Positions 8,387-18,917 are shown, numbered from the stretch's first letter. The stretch: DNA of 64,000 nt from Candidatus Omnitrophota bacterium (GCA_903884815.1 CAISGE010000021.1:448-64447); one strand, 5' to 3'. The notes: a model not told the origin generated them from the letters alone. Translations and numbers: made by a program.

Positions 8387-10330
8387 ATGGCAAAGATCTT
8401 AGGAATCGATTTAGGAACCACCAATTCATGCATGGCCATCATCGAGGGCGGGGAGCCCAAGGTGATCGAGAATAAGGAAGGCAACCGAACCACGCCTTCC
8501 ATCGTCGCTTTCACGAAAACGGGGGAGCAGTTGTGCGGGCAGACCGCGAAACGTCAGTCCGTGACCAATTCGGAGAACACCATCTTCAGCGCCAAGCGTT
8601 TTATTGGCCGCCGTTTTGAAGAAGCGGGACATGAGGTCCAGATGGTGCCGTTCAAGGTCAAAGCCGGGAAACACGGCGAAGCGGTATTCAACATTCCTCA
8701 GGAAAAACGCGATTTCACGCCGCAGGAGATCTCCGCGAAAGTCCTTATGAAGCTCAAGGCCGACGCGGAAATGTATCTCGGGGAAACCATCACGCAGGCC
8801 GTCATTACGGTGCCGGCGTATTTTAACGATTCCCAGCGCCAGGCCACCAAAGATGCCGGGCAGATCGCCGGACTCGAAGTCCTGCGCATCATCAATGAAC
8901 CGACCGCGGCGGCACTCGCATACGGTCTCGACAAGAAAAAGGATGAAACCGTAGCCGTCTACGACCTCGGCGGTGGAACCTTCGATATTTCCGTCCTCGA
9001 GCTCGGTGAGGGCGTTTTTGAAGTCAAAGCCACGAATGGCGACACGCACTTGGGCGGTGATGACTTCGACCAGAAGATCATCGACTGGCTCATCGCGGAA
9101 TTCAAAAAAACCGAAGGCGTCGATCTCAGCAAAGACAAGATGGCGATCCAGCGCCTCAAGGAAGCCGCGGAAAAAGCAAAGTGCGAGCTCTCCACAGCCC
9201 AAAGCACGGACGTCAACCTTCCGTTTATCACCGCCGATGCCTCCGGGCCGAAGCATCTTCTTCTGACGCTGACGCGCGCCAAACTCGAGCAGTTGGTGGT
9301 CGATCTTATCGAACGCACGGTCGGCCCCTGCATGCAAGCGATGAAAGATGCCGGTGTGAAACCCGAGGAAATCGATGAAGTGATCCTGGTCGGCGGTATG
9401 ACCCGCATGCCAGCCGTAGTCCAGAAAGCGAAGGATCTTTTCAAGAAAATCCCGCATCAGGGAGTGAACCCCGATGAGGTCGTTGCGATCGGTGCGGCGA
9501 TCCAGGGCGGCGTGCTGAAAGGGGATGTCAAAGACATCCTGCTGCTCGACGTCACCCCGCTTTCGCTCGGTATCGAAACCCTCGGCGGTGTCATGACCAA
9601 GCTGATCGAGCGCAACACCACGATCCCTACGCGGAAATCTGAGATCTTTTCTACCGCCGCGGACAATCAAACCGCGGTGACCGTGAAAGTCCTTCAAGGA
9701 GAGCGAGAAATGGCCGCGCACAACCGCGTGCTCGGGCTTTTCAATCTCGAGGGAATCCCGCCCGCGCCGCGCGGCGTCCCTCAAGTCGAGGTGACCTTTG
9801 ATATCGACGCGAACGGCATCGTTCACGTGTCTGCCAAGGATCTTGGGACGGGGAAGGAGCAGAAGATCCGCATCGAATCTTCATCCGGTCTTTCCAAAGA
9901 TGAAGTCGAGAAGCTTGTCAAGGAAGGTCAGGCTCACGCCGATGAAGACAAACGCCAGCACGAGGTCATCACCGCGCGCAACCAACTCGACAACCTGATC
10001 TACGCAACCGAGAAAACACTGAAAGAACACGGCGACAAGATCTCGGAAGACGAGAAGAAGAAGGTCGAGGAGGCTCTCAAAGAAGCCAAGACCGCACTCA
10101 CCAGCGAAGCTAAGGAAGAACTGGAAAAAGCAGCGCAAAAGCTCAGCACCGCGTCTCATACTATTGCTCAGAAGATGTATGAGGAAGCCGCAAAGAAGGC
10201 CGGGAATAAAGGCGGCGCAGCTCCCGAAGCGGGCGGCGGAGAAGCCAAAAAGGATGAGGGGGTCGTGGACGCGGATTATGAAGTCGTCGACGAAGAAGGC
10301 AAGAAAAAGAAAGAAGAAGAGAAGCAATAA
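8387..10330 (+). CDS. dnaK: Chaperone DnaK (Hsp70)
   Basis: [25 protein letters not shown] and NPDEVVA motifs. RBS AAGGAG upstream. Confidence 0.99.
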   Translation: MAKILGIDLGTTNSCMAIIEGGEPKVIENKEGNRTTPSIVAFTKTGEQLCGQTAKRQSVTNSENTIFSAKRFIGRRFEEAGHEVQMVPFKVKAGKHGEAVFNIPQEKRDFTPQEISAKVLMKLKADAEMYLGETITQAVITVPAYFNDSQRQATKDAGQIAGLEVLRIINEPTAAALAYGLDKKKDETVAVYDLGGGTFDISVLELGEGVFEVKATNGDTHLGGDDFDQKIIDWLIAEFKKTEGVDLSKDKMAIQRLKEAAEKAKCELSTAQSTDVNLPFITADASGPKHLLLTLTRAKLEQLVVDLIERTVGPCMQAMKDAGVKPEEIDEVILVGGMTRMPAVVQKAKDLFKKIPHQGVNPDEVVAIGAAIQGGVLKGDVKDILLLDVTPLSLGIETLGGVMTKLIERNTTIPTRKSEIFSTAADNQTAVTVKVLQGEREMAAHNRVLGLFNLEGIPPAPRGVPQVEVTFDIDANGIVHVSAKDLGTGKEQKIRIESSSGLSKDEVEKLVKEGQAHADEDKRQHEVITARNQLDNLIYATEKTLKEHGDKISEDEKKKVEEALKEAKTALTSEAKEELEKAAQKLSTASHTIAQKMYEEAAKKAGNKGGAAPEAGGGEAKKDEGVVDADYEVVDEEGKKKKEEEKQ

Positions 10331-10373
10331 ACTTGGGAAATAGCCCCCAGGGGCCCGAAGAAAATAGCAGGTG

Positions 10374-10410
10374 GGGAACGTTCGCGATCAACGCGGGCGT
10401 TCCCTTTTCT
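10374..10410 (+). terminator. Intrinsic terminator after dnaK
   Basis: GGGAACGTTCGCG-atcaa-CGCGGGCGTTCCC followed by TTTTCT. Confidence 0.8.
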
Positions 10411-10442
10411 CCGTTTCACTTAGCAAAAAAGGCGAGACGCTC

Positions 10443-11357
10443 ATGGCTCAAATTGTAAAACGCACGGCTCTATACATTCTTCTATTTTTGGTGCTCGCTT
10501 GTTTGCCAAGTGCTTGGGCGGATCCCGCTCTCGAGGGAGCGCAACTGCCTGCAGATATTTACCAGGACCAAAAAGTAGAACTCAAGCTGACTATTGAATG
10601 GCCGGCTAGCGAAGGCGCCTATGAGTTCAAATCCCCGGATGACATCAAATTCAGCAACTTCCAACTTCTCGATCACGGCCAATCGCAAGATACATATTCC
10701 GGTAGTTCTGGCCCCACCTCCCGTCTGGCCTTGACCTATCAAATCATGCCGATCACCGCTGGACAAGGGATGGTCAGCAGCTTCGAAGTCCGCTACCGGA
10801 AATCGCGAGGGTCGAGTTGGAACAAAATCCGGACACCCAACATCCTCGTAGACATAAAGCCGGGATTGCCTATAAAAATGATCCTGATCTTAACCTCAAT
10901 CACGCTCGCCATCATCATTCCCTTTGCGCTCTGGCTCTTCCGCTCTTCGGCGGTGGAGAAAGAACATGAAAAAAAGTTTCAGAATGATCCGAAACAGCAG
11001 GTCTACGCGAACGCCGCATTAAAGTTCGACGACTTCATCTCCGGATATAACGCAACCGCTCTTAAAACGCTGCTTAGCGAATGGTCTTCGGAGCTACTCC
11101 GTGTGATTTTCACCTGCCACGACATTCCGCTCCACTCAGCGAGTCGCTCCGAGGTCCTCAATGAGCTTGCCGCCAAGAATATTCCGGAAAGTGAAATCGA
11201 GGAAATCAAGACTCTTTTCAGCAATCTCGAGCGCCTGAAATTTTCGGCAGATTCCATGACAAGCTCTGAATTAGAAGGGATTAGGGACACGCTTTTAAGA
11301 TACACGAGAAGCAAGATTGTCGTTGGCCCATCTGATTTTACAAATTACCTGAAGTGA
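10443..11357 (+). CDS. Exported/membrane protein with BatD-like N-terminal beta domain, one TM helix and a cytoplasmic helical domain
   Basis: Signal peptide (MAQIVKR...SAWA), beta domain, TM and DPKQQVYANA. The ATG at 10443 is preferred because the ORF-track start overlaps the terminator. Paralog of the next gene. Confidence 0.7.
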   Translation: MAQIVKRTALYILLFLVLACLPSAWADPALEGAQLPADIYQDQKVELKLTIEWPASEGAYEFKSPDDIKFSNFQLLDHGQSQDTYSGSSGPTSRLALTYQIMPITAGQGMVSSFEVRYRKSRGSSWNKIRTPNILVDIKPGLPIKMILILTSITLAIIIPFALWLFRSSAVEKEHEKKFQNDPKQQVYANAALKFDDFISGYNATALKTLLSEWSSELLRVIFTCHDIPLHSASRSEVLNELAAKNIPESEIEEIKTLFSNLERLKFSADSMTSSELEGIRDTLLRYTRSKIVVGPSDFTNYLK

Positions 11358-11423
11358 TCAGCCACGAAGCACGTTTCTTCATGTTAGGAAAGTCCTGTGA
11401 ACCTTCAAAATAGATGGTTACGC

Positions 11424-12284
11424 ATGAAACGGAAATTTGTATTTTCTTTTCTCTTGGCTGCCATACTGGTGCCATCGGCGTTCGCAGCCCCGAGCCTGAA
11501 GGTAACCGCCCCGCCCGCGCAAATCTCTCTGAGTGAACGCTCGACACTGACCTTGCAACTCGAATGGCCGGCCGCTGAAGACCCCTACGAGATCAATTCC
11601 CTGGAGCCAAAAACAGAGAACCTGGAACTCGTCGATCAAAATCAGTCGCAGGAAACAGGGGCTGTGGTCAGGCAGACGATTACGTATACATTCCGCGCCA
11701 TCAAAAAAGGCTCAGCCCTTATCTACCCGTTCGAGATCAGCTATCGGAAATCGGAAACGGATCCGTGGAGCCCGATCCTCATTCCGGAACAAAAGATTCG
11801 CGTCACTTCAAGCTTCCCCTTGAAATCGATCTTCATAGGAATCATCATTTTGTTGGGCGTCACCGCTTTGGGCTACGGCATTTTCATTACTCAGAAGATC
11901 CTTGCGAAAAAGAAAGCCGCAAGCGAGATGCCTCCGCCGGACCCCCGGCAAAGGATCTACGCGAACGCCGAAGAAGCCATCGCGACTTTCGCTTCTCCGG
12001 ATGCGAAGATCAAGCTCACCCACTGGTCCAATCAGCTCCGAGCCGTAGTCGCGACCTATTATGACGCTACCGCCAAGGGCAACTCGAACACTGGGCTTCT
12101 TTTGCACCTGAAGTCGAAGGGGCTTCCCACGGGGGAGTGGAACGAAGTCTCACAGCTTTTGGAGCAATTGACCGAGATGCAATTTTCGCGGCAGGACATT
12201 CCGTCCTACGACCTCGACCGGCTGCAAAAGACCCTCTTGCAATATATAAAGGGCAAGATTATCATTGAAAATTCAAATTCGTAA
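11424..12284 (+). CDS. BatD-like exported/membrane protein, paralog of the preceding gene
   Basis: Signal peptide MKRKFVF...AFA. Shares LEWPA..PYE, FEISYRKS and DPRQRIYANA with the previous ORF. Confidence 0.7.
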   Translation: MKRKFVFSFLLAAILVPSAFAAPSLKVTAPPAQISLSERSTLTLQLEWPAAEDPYEINSLEPKTENLELVDQNQSQETGAVVRQTITYTFRAIKKGSALIYPFEISYRKSETDPWSPILIPEQKIRVTSSFPLKSIFIGIIILLGVTALGYGIFITQKILAKKKAASEMPPPDPRQRIYANAEEAIATFASPDAKIKLTHWSNQLRAVVATYYDATAKGNSNTGLLLHLKSKGLPTGEWNEVSQLLEQLTEMQFSRQDIPSYDLDRLQKTLLQYIKGKIIIENSNS

Positions 12285-12316
12285 TCATAACCAACCTGCG
12301 CACGAAGGAGACCCCC

Positions 12317-13306
12317 ATGGACAGCTCGATCCAGGAAGTAAATGCCAAGATTCGCGAAGCTAGCGCCACTCTAAAAGACCTCAACCGTGAGATTGGAAAG
12401 GTCATTGTCGGTCAGCAGTATCTTGTCGACCGGCTCCTCATGGCGCTTTTGGCCGACGGGCACATTCTGATCGAGGGCGTCCCGGGCCTTGCCAAGACCC
12501 TCTCCGTCCGGACACTTTCGCAGGCGATCGCCGCACAGTTCCAGCGCATCCAGTTCACGCCGGACCTTCTCCCCGCCGACGTGGTGGGGACCCTGGTCTA
12601 TAACCCCAAAGATGGGCATTTTACGACCAAGAAGGGCCCGATTTTCACGAACATCGTCTTAGCCGACGAAATCAACCGGGCCCCCTCCAAGGTCCAAAGC
12701 GCGCTACTGGAGGCCATGCAGGAGCGCCAGGTCACGATTGGCAGCGAAACATTCCCTCTGCCGGTGCCTTTTCTGGTCCTCGCCACTCAAAACCCCATTG
12801 AACAAGAGGGGACTTACCCGCTACCCGAAGCCCAGGTCGACCGTTTTATGCTGAAACTTGTGGTCAGTTACCCGAGTAAGAAAGAGGAGAAGGAAATCCT
12901 GGAGCGCATGGCAATCGGCAAACCCATCAAGGTCAATCCCGTGATGACGATCGACCGGATCATGGAACTTCGCCAGCTTATGCATGAGATCTATATCGAT
13001 GAGAAGGTGAAGGATTATATCCTCGACCTTGTATTCGCGACGCGCAACCCGCAAGACTACAAGCTGGCCGATTTAAAGCCGCTTATCTCCTACGGCGCTT
13101 CACCTCGCGCGAGCATCATGCTGACGTTGGCGGCCAAAGCCAACGCCTTCCTTCAGGGACGCGGCTATGTGACTCCCGATGACGTCAAACAGATCGGAAC
13201 GGACGTCCTTCGCCACCGCGTGCTCGTCACCTATGAAGCGGAAGCCGAGGACATCACGTCCGAGGACATCGTCAAAAAGATCTTTGACCAGGTCGAAGTC
13301 CCGTAA
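12317..13306 (+). CDS. moxR: MoxR-family AAA+ ATPase
   Basis: EGVPGLAKT Walker A, RIQFTPDLLPAD, LADEINRA and NPIEQEGTYPLPEAQVDRF. Confidence 0.97.
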   Translation: MDSSIQEVNAKIREASATLKDLNREIGKVIVGQQYLVDRLLMALLADGHILIEGVPGLAKTLSVRTLSQAIAAQFQRIQFTPDLLPADVVGTLVYNPKDGHFTTKKGPIFTNIVLADEINRAPSKVQSALLEAMQERQVTIGSETFPLPVPFLVLATQNPIEQEGTYPLPEAQVDRFMLKLVVSYPSKKEEKEILERMAIGKPIKVNPVMTIDRIMELRQLMHEIYIDEKVKDYILDLVFATRNPQDYKLADLKPLISYGASPRASIMLTLAAKANAFLQGRGYVTPDDVKQIGTDVLRHRVLVTYEAEAEDITSEDIVKKIFDQVEVP

Positions 13307-13380
13307 CAATTCAAGATCCGGGATCCGAATTTTTTGATCTTGAATCTGTTCGGACCGGCAAGGAAGGATAGAATCGAACG

Positions 13381-14253
13381 ATGATCCCCGCAACGCTTCT
13401 CAAAAAAGTCCGTAAGATCGAGATCCGGACCACGCGTCTCGTCAACGACCTCTTCGGCGGGGAGTATGAGTCGGTATTCAAGGGGCAGGGGATCGAGTTC
13501 GCCGACGTCCGGGAGTATGTCCCCGGCGACGATGTCCGCTCGATCGACTGGAACGTCACGGCAAGGACCGGCCACCCTTTCGTCAAAAAATTCGTCGAAA
13601 CCCGCGAGCTCACGGTATTTTTCCTAGTCGACATGTCCGGCTCGCAGTATTTCGGCTCCATTGACAAACTCAAATCCGAGATCGCGGCCGAAATCACCGC
13701 GATCCTCGCCTTTTCGGCTGTCAAGAATAACGACAAAACAGGACTCCTCATCGCGACGGAAGGCGTCGAAAAATTCATCCCCGTCAAGAAGGGGAGGAAC
13801 CACGCCCTCCGCGTCATTCGCGAGATCCTCGGCTATCAACCTCAGAAAAAGAAAACGAATCTTAAAGAAGCCATTGAATATCTTTACCGGGTCCAGACGC
13901 GTACCTCAGTCGTCTTTCTCATCTCGGATTTCATGGATGACGGCTATGAAAAGGCGCTGAAGATCCTCAGCCAGAAACACGATGTCGTCGCAATTCATCT
14001 GCATGATCCTCTGGAACAGCAACTCCCGAAGGTCGGACTCCTCGAACTCGTGGACCGGGAGACGGGGAAAACAATGTTAGTCGACACGTCCTCGCCTCAA
14101 TTCCAGAAACGGTTCCGCCAGACAACGGATCAAAAGCTCGCGGCCCTGGAAAAACTCTTCAAACGTCTTCAGATCGACCGCATTGACATTCCCGCGAACG
14201 CCTCGTATATCGAGCCTCTGTTCAAATTCTTCAAGAGCCGGGAGAAAAAATGA
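13381..14253 (+). CDS. DUF58 family protein (MoxR-associated, vWA-like)
   Basis: GQGIEFADVREYVPGDDVRSIDWNVTAR, VDMSGS and ISDF motifs. Directly follows moxR. Confidence 0.93.
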   Translation: MIPATLLKKVRKIEIRTTRLVNDLFGGEYESVFKGQGIEFADVREYVPGDDVRSIDWNVTARTGHPFVKKFVETRELTVFFLVDMSGSQYFGSIDKLKSEIAAEITAILAFSAVKNNDKTGLLIATEGVEKFIPVKKGRNHALRVIREILGYQPQKKKTNLKEAIEYLYRVQTRTSVVFLISDFMDDGYEKALKILSQKHDVVAIHLHDPLEQQLPKVGLLELVDRETGKTMLVDTSSPQFQKRFRQTTDQKLAALEKLFKRLQIDRIDIPANASYIEPLFKFFKSREKK

Positions 14254-15200
14254 AAAAGCTCCTCGGCTTCGCGCTTCTTTTCTTCATTCTCTCAGGAGGT
14301 TGGGCGCTCGCCGCCGAAGCCGACGATATCCATGTTAAAGCGGAAGTCGACAAAGCCTTCCTCACGATCGGCGACCCGGTCACTTATACGGTCACGGTGG
14401 AACACTCGCCCGACATCCAGGTTCTCTCCAATTTTCCGGCGCCGGCTTCGGACGTCCTTGAGATCAAAAAAGTCGAGGACATTCACAGAAAACTGAAGAA
14501 GAAATCCATTGATGGACGAAAATTCATGCTCACGACCTACCGCCTCGGCGAATTCGTCCTCGACCCCGTAACGATCGAGTACCGCAAAGAGGGACAGGCC
14601 ATCAAAAAGGTACAAACCAACAAGCTCTACCTGACGGTCAAGAGCGTCGCGAGTGGAGAGAAACTGGAAGACATTCGGGACGTCAAATCCGTCATCCCAT
14701 TCAAATTCCGCATGGGAAAGTTCCTATGGACGCTTGTGGGCCTCTCCCTAGCCACGGCTGGCTTTTTCCTCTACCGTTTCCTCCGTAAACACAAGGCTCT
14801 GGCCCTGCCTCCAGCGCCGCCCCTCACGCCCGAGGAAGAGGCGCTGCTTCACCTGACGGAGCTTTTCGAATCAGACCTTCTCAAGCGCGCGTTTATAAAA
14901 CTGTATTACCTTCGGCTTTCGGAGATCCTGCGCGCTTACTTTGAAAAGCGTTACAAGATCCTTGCCGTGGAGTCCACCACAAGCGAGATCCTGCGCGCCA
15001 TCCGCCCGCTGCATCTTGAGCCCGGACTCTATCAAAAGATCCAGTACGTCCTGGAGTCCTCCGACCTCGCTAAATTTGCCAAGTGGGTCCCGACGCCCTC
15101 CGAAACGATACAGCTCAATAAGAAGGCTGAAGAGATCGTCCGGGAAGCAGCACCGGCTCCGGAGCCAGCACCCGTGGAGGAGGCCTCCCATGGTGTTTAG
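14250..15200 (+). CDS. Bat-operon exported protein (BatD-like beta domain plus TM)
   Basis: Signal peptide, 'VDKAFLTIGDPVTYTVTV', TM, then 'YYLRLSEILRAYFE...ESTTSE...SDLAKFAK'. ATGA overlap with the DUF58 gene. Confidence 0.75.
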   Translation: MKKLLGFALLFFILSGGWALAAEADDIHVKAEVDKAFLTIGDPVTYTVTVEHSPDIQVLSNFPAPASDVLEIKKVEDIHRKLKKKSIDGRKFMLTTYRLGEFVLDPVTIEYRKEGQAIKKVQTNKLYLTVKSVASGEKLEDIRDVKSVIPFKFRMGKFLWTLVGLSLATAGFFLYRFLRKHKALALPPAPPLTPEEEALLHLTELFESDLLKRAFIKLYYLRLSEILRAYFEKRYKILAVESTTSEILRAIRPLHLEPGLYQKIQYVLESSDLAKFAKWVPTPSETIQLNKKAEEIVREAAPAPEPAPVEEASHGV

Positions 15201-16170
15201 GCATCCCGCGTTCTTTCTGCTTGTGTTCCTTTTGCCGCTCATCTTTATGTGGGCCCGTGGCCGCGAGAAGCTGGAATTCGCCTATTCTTCGGTGGATCTT
15301 CTAAAAGGCCGCCCGGCAACCACGCGGATGTTTCTCTGGAAGATGCTGCCACTCTTGCGCGCCCTCGTCTTCGTTCTGCTGATCGCGGCGCTTGCAAGAC
15401 CCTCGAGCGTTTCAAGCGACAGGGAATACCAGACCCATGGAGTCGACATCCTGATCGCACTGGATATTTCGGGATCCATGCTCGCCGAAGACTTCCAACC
15501 GGAGAACCGCGTTGCCGTCGCCAAGCAGGAAGCGATCAAGTTCATCAAAGGCCGTGAAAATGACCGGATCGGGCTCGTAGTCTTCTCGAAAAAGGCCTTC
15601 ACGCAGTGCCCTCTGACCCTGGATTACCGCATTTTGATTGAGCTTCTGGGTGAGATCCGTGTCGGCATGATCGCCGACGGTACCGCCATCGGCATGGGGA
15701 TCGCCACTGCCGTGAACCGCCTCCGCGACTCGAACGCCAAGAGCAAGGTCATCATTCTCCTAACGGACGGAGAGAATAACGCCGGGAATATCGACCCCAT
15801 CACGGCAGCGGAACTTGCCAAGAGCTTTGGCATCAAGGTCTACACGATCGGCATTGGACGGGGAGGGATGGTGCCGTTTCCGGTCGATGACCCGCTTTTC
15901 GGCAAGCGCTATGTGCAGGCCAACGTGGATATCGACGAGACCACTCTGAAGCGCATCGCCGACATCACTGGCGGCCTTTTCTTCCGGGCCCGCGACACCG
16001 CCGGACTCGCAGAGATCTACGAGCGCATCAACAAGCTTGAAAAAAGCGAGGTCAAGGTCAAGGAATACAAAAGCTTCAATGAACTCTTTCCGATCTTTCT
16101 CTTTCCGGCCATCTTACTGCTTTTCCTGGATATTTTTTTACGGCGCACGATTCTAATGAAAGTACCTTAA
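15190..16170 (+). CDS. batA: vWA domain protein, BatA-like
   Basis: N-terminal 'MVFRHP' plus TM helices, ALARP, MIDAS DISGSM, TQCPLT, LLTDGENN and a C-terminal TM. Start reassigned to the in-frame ATG at 15190. Confidence 0.9.
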   Translation: MVFRHPAFFLLVFLLPLIFMWARGREKLEFAYSSVDLLKGRPATTRMFLWKMLPLLRALVFVLLIAALARPSSVSSDREYQTHGVDILIALDISGSMLAEDFQPENRVAVAKQEAIKFIKGRENDRIGLVVFSKKAFTQCPLTLDYRILIELLGEIRVGMIADGTAIGMGIATAVNRLRDSNAKSKVIILLTDGENNAGNIDPITAAELAKSFGIKVYTIGIGRGGMVPFPVDDPLFGKRYVQANVDIDETTLKRIADITGGLFFRARDTAGLAEIYERINKLEKSEVKVKEYKSFNELFPIFLFPAILLLFLDIFLRRTILMKVP

Positions 16171-18276
16171 ATGCAATTCTTTAAACCTGAAAATTTTCTA
16201 TATCTGTGGTTGGTTCCGGCGATCCTGGCGCTTTTTCTTCTTTCTCACAATCTCTGGAAAAAAAGGATGAGCCGCTTAGTTCAGGACGAAACCCTCTTGG
16301 CAAAGCTCGTCGCAGGCTACCGGAAAGGCGAGTGGCTCGTCCGCGCGATCCTCACCATGCTCGCCGTCCTTTGCTTTGTGCTCGCACTCGCGAGGCCTCA
16401 ATGGGGCGATGAAAAGCGAAGCGTCCAGCGTAAGGGCGTCGACCTCATCTTCCTTGTCGACACCTCGCTTTCCATGCTCGCAGAGGACATCAAACCCAAC
16501 CGCCTGGGAAAAGCCAAGTTCGAGATCGAGACCTTTATTCAAAATCTGAAGGGGGACCGCGTCGGTATGGTCACCTTCGCGGGATCGGGGTTCCTCCAGA
16601 CGCCGCTCACACTCGACCACGCGGCCTTCCTGCTCTTTCTGGACGCCGTTCAGGTCGGATTTCTGCCCGACCCCGGGACCTCACTGGTTCAGGCCATACA
16701 GTTGGCCCTACGGGCTTTCCCTCAAAAAGAGCTTAAATACAAAGCCCTGATCCTTTTCTCAGACGGGGAAGACCATGAAGGGAGCATCGAACAGGCCATT
16801 GAAGAGGCCAAAGAGGCCAATGTCCGCGTCTATACGATCGGCCTTGGGACCGCAGAAGGGGAGCCCATCCCCCTGAAGAATGAGAAAGGGGAGCGCCAGG
16901 GGTTCAAGAAGGACCGTAGCGGGCAGATGGTGCTTACAAAGCTCAATCAGCCACTCCTCGAGCGCCTCGCCAAAGAAACGGGCGGCATCTATCTTCCCGC
17001 CACCCCCGGCGAAAAGGAAGTCGATGTGATCCTGAAACATCTGCGCGGCTGGGGCGAGCAACAGTTTGAAGAAAAAATGGTGGTCGAGAGGGAAGACCAA
17101 TATCAGATCTTCCTCATCTTCGCCTTTATCTTCCTTGTCGCGGAAATGCTAGTCCGGCGCAAAGACCGTCCCAAGGCGGGCCTTCTTGTCTGTCTGGCGG
17201 CTTTTTTTCTTTTCACGGGCTTCCTGGAAACCTCCCAAGGCACAGTCAAAAAGGGCAACACCCAATTCGCGAAAAAACAATACCAGTCCGCACTCGACGC
17301 CTACCGCAAGGTGCAGGTGAAGAACCCGGACGCGCCAGAAGTACTTTACGATCTGGGAACCACGCTTTATAAAACTGATTCCTTCCAGGAGGCGGCCCAG
17401 AACTTGGAGACCGCCGCAGCCAAGGCGCAGGAACCTCCGACGAAGGCCAAAGCCCTTTACAATTATGGCAACGCCCAATACAGGCTTGGCAATTTTGAAA
17501 AGGCCATCGACTCCTACAAAAAAGCCCTCGCGATCGACCCCAACGACAAGGACGCCAAATACAATCTCGAATTCCTGCGGAATCAGAAAAACAAGATCGA
17601 CAAAAAAGATCAGGAAAAGAAAAAAGAAGATCAAAAAAAGGATCAAAATAAGGACCAGAATCAGCAGAAAAACCAACAGCAAAAACAAGACCAGAAGGAC
17701 CAACAAAAGGATCAACAAGGCCAAGGGCAGCAAGACCAGAAAAATCAGGGGCAAGGCCAAAAAGACAAGCAGGACCAGGGCGGCCAGGGGCAGCAGGACC
17801 AAAAAGACCAGAAGCAGGAACAGAAGGATAAGCAAGATCAGCAACAGAGCCAGGGACAGCAGGGTCAACAAGATCAACAGAAGCCTCAGGATCAGCAGCA
17901 AAGCCAGGGACAGCAAGGCAAGCAGGACCAAAAGGATCAGCAACAGCAGCCCAAACCCCAGGACCAGCAACAGAACCAGGGGCAACAGGGTGATCAGGAT
18001 AAAAAAGACCAGGGGCAACAAGGACAGGAGCAGCAAAAGCAAGACCAACAACAAGGTGATCAGCAGAAAGAACAACCGCAGCCAGGCCAGGAACAAAAAA
18101 AAGAAGGCGCTGAAAAAGACCACCAAGGCCAGGCCAAGCAGCCTCTTCAGGGCCAAATGAGCATGGACAATGCCTTAAACATTCTGGACGCGATGAAGGA
18201 ATCCGAAAAAGAGCTTCAGGACCTCCGCCGCCCGCCAGTCAACAAAAACCCGCCAGCGGTGGACAAAGATTGGTAG
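16171..18276 (+). CDS. BatB-BatC-like fusion: vWA domain, TM, TPR repeats and Q/K/D-rich linker
   Basis: ALARPQWG, DTSLSM and FSDGEDH; TPRs (ALYNYGNAQYRLG...DAKYNLE); Gln-rich tail; C-terminal 'KDW'. Confidence 0.88.
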   Translation: MQFFKPENFLYLWLVPAILALFLLSHNLWKKRMSRLVQDETLLAKLVAGYRKGEWLVRAILTMLAVLCFVLALARPQWGDEKRSVQRKGVDLIFLVDTSLSMLAEDIKPNRLGKAKFEIETFIQNLKGDRVGMVTFAGSGFLQTPLTLDHAAFLLFLDAVQVGFLPDPGTSLVQAIQLALRAFPQKELKYKALILFSDGEDHEGSIEQAIEEAKEANVRVYTIGLGTAEGEPIPLKNEKGERQGFKKDRSGQMVLTKLNQPLLERLAKETGGIYLPATPGEKEVDVILKHLRGWGEQQFEEKMVVEREDQYQIFLIFAFIFLVAEMLVRRKDRPKAGLLVCLAAFFLFTGFLETSQGTVKKGNTQFAKKQYQSALDAYRKVQVKNPDAPEVLYDLGTTLYKTDSFQEAAQNLETAAAKAQEPPTKAKALYNYGNAQYRLGNFEKAIDSYKKALAIDPNDKDAKYNLEFLRNQKNKIDKKDQEKKKEDQKKDQNKDQNQQKNQQQKQDQKDQQKDQQGQGQQDQKNQGQGQKDKQDQGGQGQQDQKDQKQEQKDKQDQQQSQGQQGQQDQQKPQDQQQSQGQQGKQDQKDQQQQPKPQDQQQNQGQQGDQDKKDQGQQGQEQQKQDQQQGDQQKEQPQPGQEQKKEGAEKDHQGQAKQPLQGQMSMDNALNILDAMKESEKELQDLRRPPVNKNPPAVDKDW
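17585..18145 (+). repeat. Low-complexity Q/K/D/G-rich coding repeats (QQGQGQQDQKDQ-like)
   Basis: Visible directly in DNA and protein. Confidence 0.9.
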
Positions 18277-18281
18277 ATACG

Positions 18282-18340
18282 CGGGTAACGGGAAACGGGA
18301 AAGCTTTATCGTTACCCGTTAGCCGTTCCCCGAGTTTTAT
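18282..18340 (+). terminator. Possible terminator or hairpin after the bat operon
   Basis: Inverted repeat CGGGTAACG...CGTTACCCG with a T-rich tract further downstream. Confidence 0.4.
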
Positions 18341-18385
18341 TTTATAAACTGTAAAGATGGTTTTATAACACAAAGGAGAAATGAC

Positions 18386-18832
18386 ATGAGCCTGATGGAA
18401 CAGATCGAAAAGGACGTAATCGACGCGATGCGGGCCAAGGATACGGTCAAGTTGTCGACGCTCCGGATGCTTAAAAGCGCTGTTGGCAACTATTTGATAC
18501 AGGCCAAAAAGGACAAAGCGGATGACGCCGAAGTCCTGAGCCTTATTGGCAAGCAGGCAAAACAGCGCCGTGAAAGTATTGATAGCTTTGAAAAAGCGGG
18601 CTGCAAAGAACTGGCGGATAAAGAGAAGAGCGAACTTATGATCCTGGAAGCGTATCTGCCCAAGCAACTCTCCGATGAAGAACTCAAGGCGGAAGTCCAG
18701 AAGGCCATCGCTGCATCCGGTGCCACTAGTGCTGCCGACATGGGAAAGCTCATGAAGGTTCTAATGCCCGCCATTCAGGGCAAGGCCGACGGCAAGCGCA
18801 TTCAGGAAGCCATCAAATCCATCCTAAAATAG
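18386..18832 (+). CDS. yqeY: GatB/YqeY domain protein
   Basis: AMRAKD..LSTLRMLKS, KQRRESI, YLPKQLS, DMGKLM and GKADG. RBS AAGGAG. Confidence 0.95.
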   Translation: MSLMEQIEKDVIDAMRAKDTVKLSTLRMLKSAVGNYLIQAKKDKADDAEVLSLIGKQAKQRRESIDSFEKAGCKELADKEKSELMILEAYLPKQLSDEELKAEVQKAIAASGATSAADMGKLMKVLMPAIQGKADGKRIQEAIKSILK

Positions 18833-18889
18833 CCGCCAAAGCGGCGGTCTATCAGCCTCCTGAGATTCTCTAGGCTCTCCCTATAGATT

Positions 18890-18917
18890 ACTTTACATAA
18901 GATACATTATAGGACGT
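18890..18917 (-). other. dif-like XerC/XerD recombination site
   Basis: Minus strand reads ACGTCCTATAA-TGTATC-TTATGTAAAGT (11-6-11), close to B. subtilis dif ACTTCCTAGAA-TATATA-TTATGTAAACT and E. coli dif GGTGCGCATAA-TGTATA-TTATGTTAAAT. Intergenic and AT-rich. Confidence 0.85.

Noticed and set aside
8426-9826. 466-aa ORF antisense to dnaK
   Set aside because: Long antisense frames opposite hsp70 genes are a familiar by-product of codon bias. No independent support.
13309-13345. Inverted repeat ATTCAAGATC...GATCTTGAAT between moxR and the DUF58 gene
   Set aside because: Single AT-rich hairpin with a long loop and no U-tract. At most an mRNA stability element.
17149-18160. Leu-rich antisense ORF (335 aa) and Arg/Lys-rich alternate-frame ORF (231 aa)
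   Set aside because: Shadows of the Q/K/D-rich low-complexity segment of the BatB-C gene.
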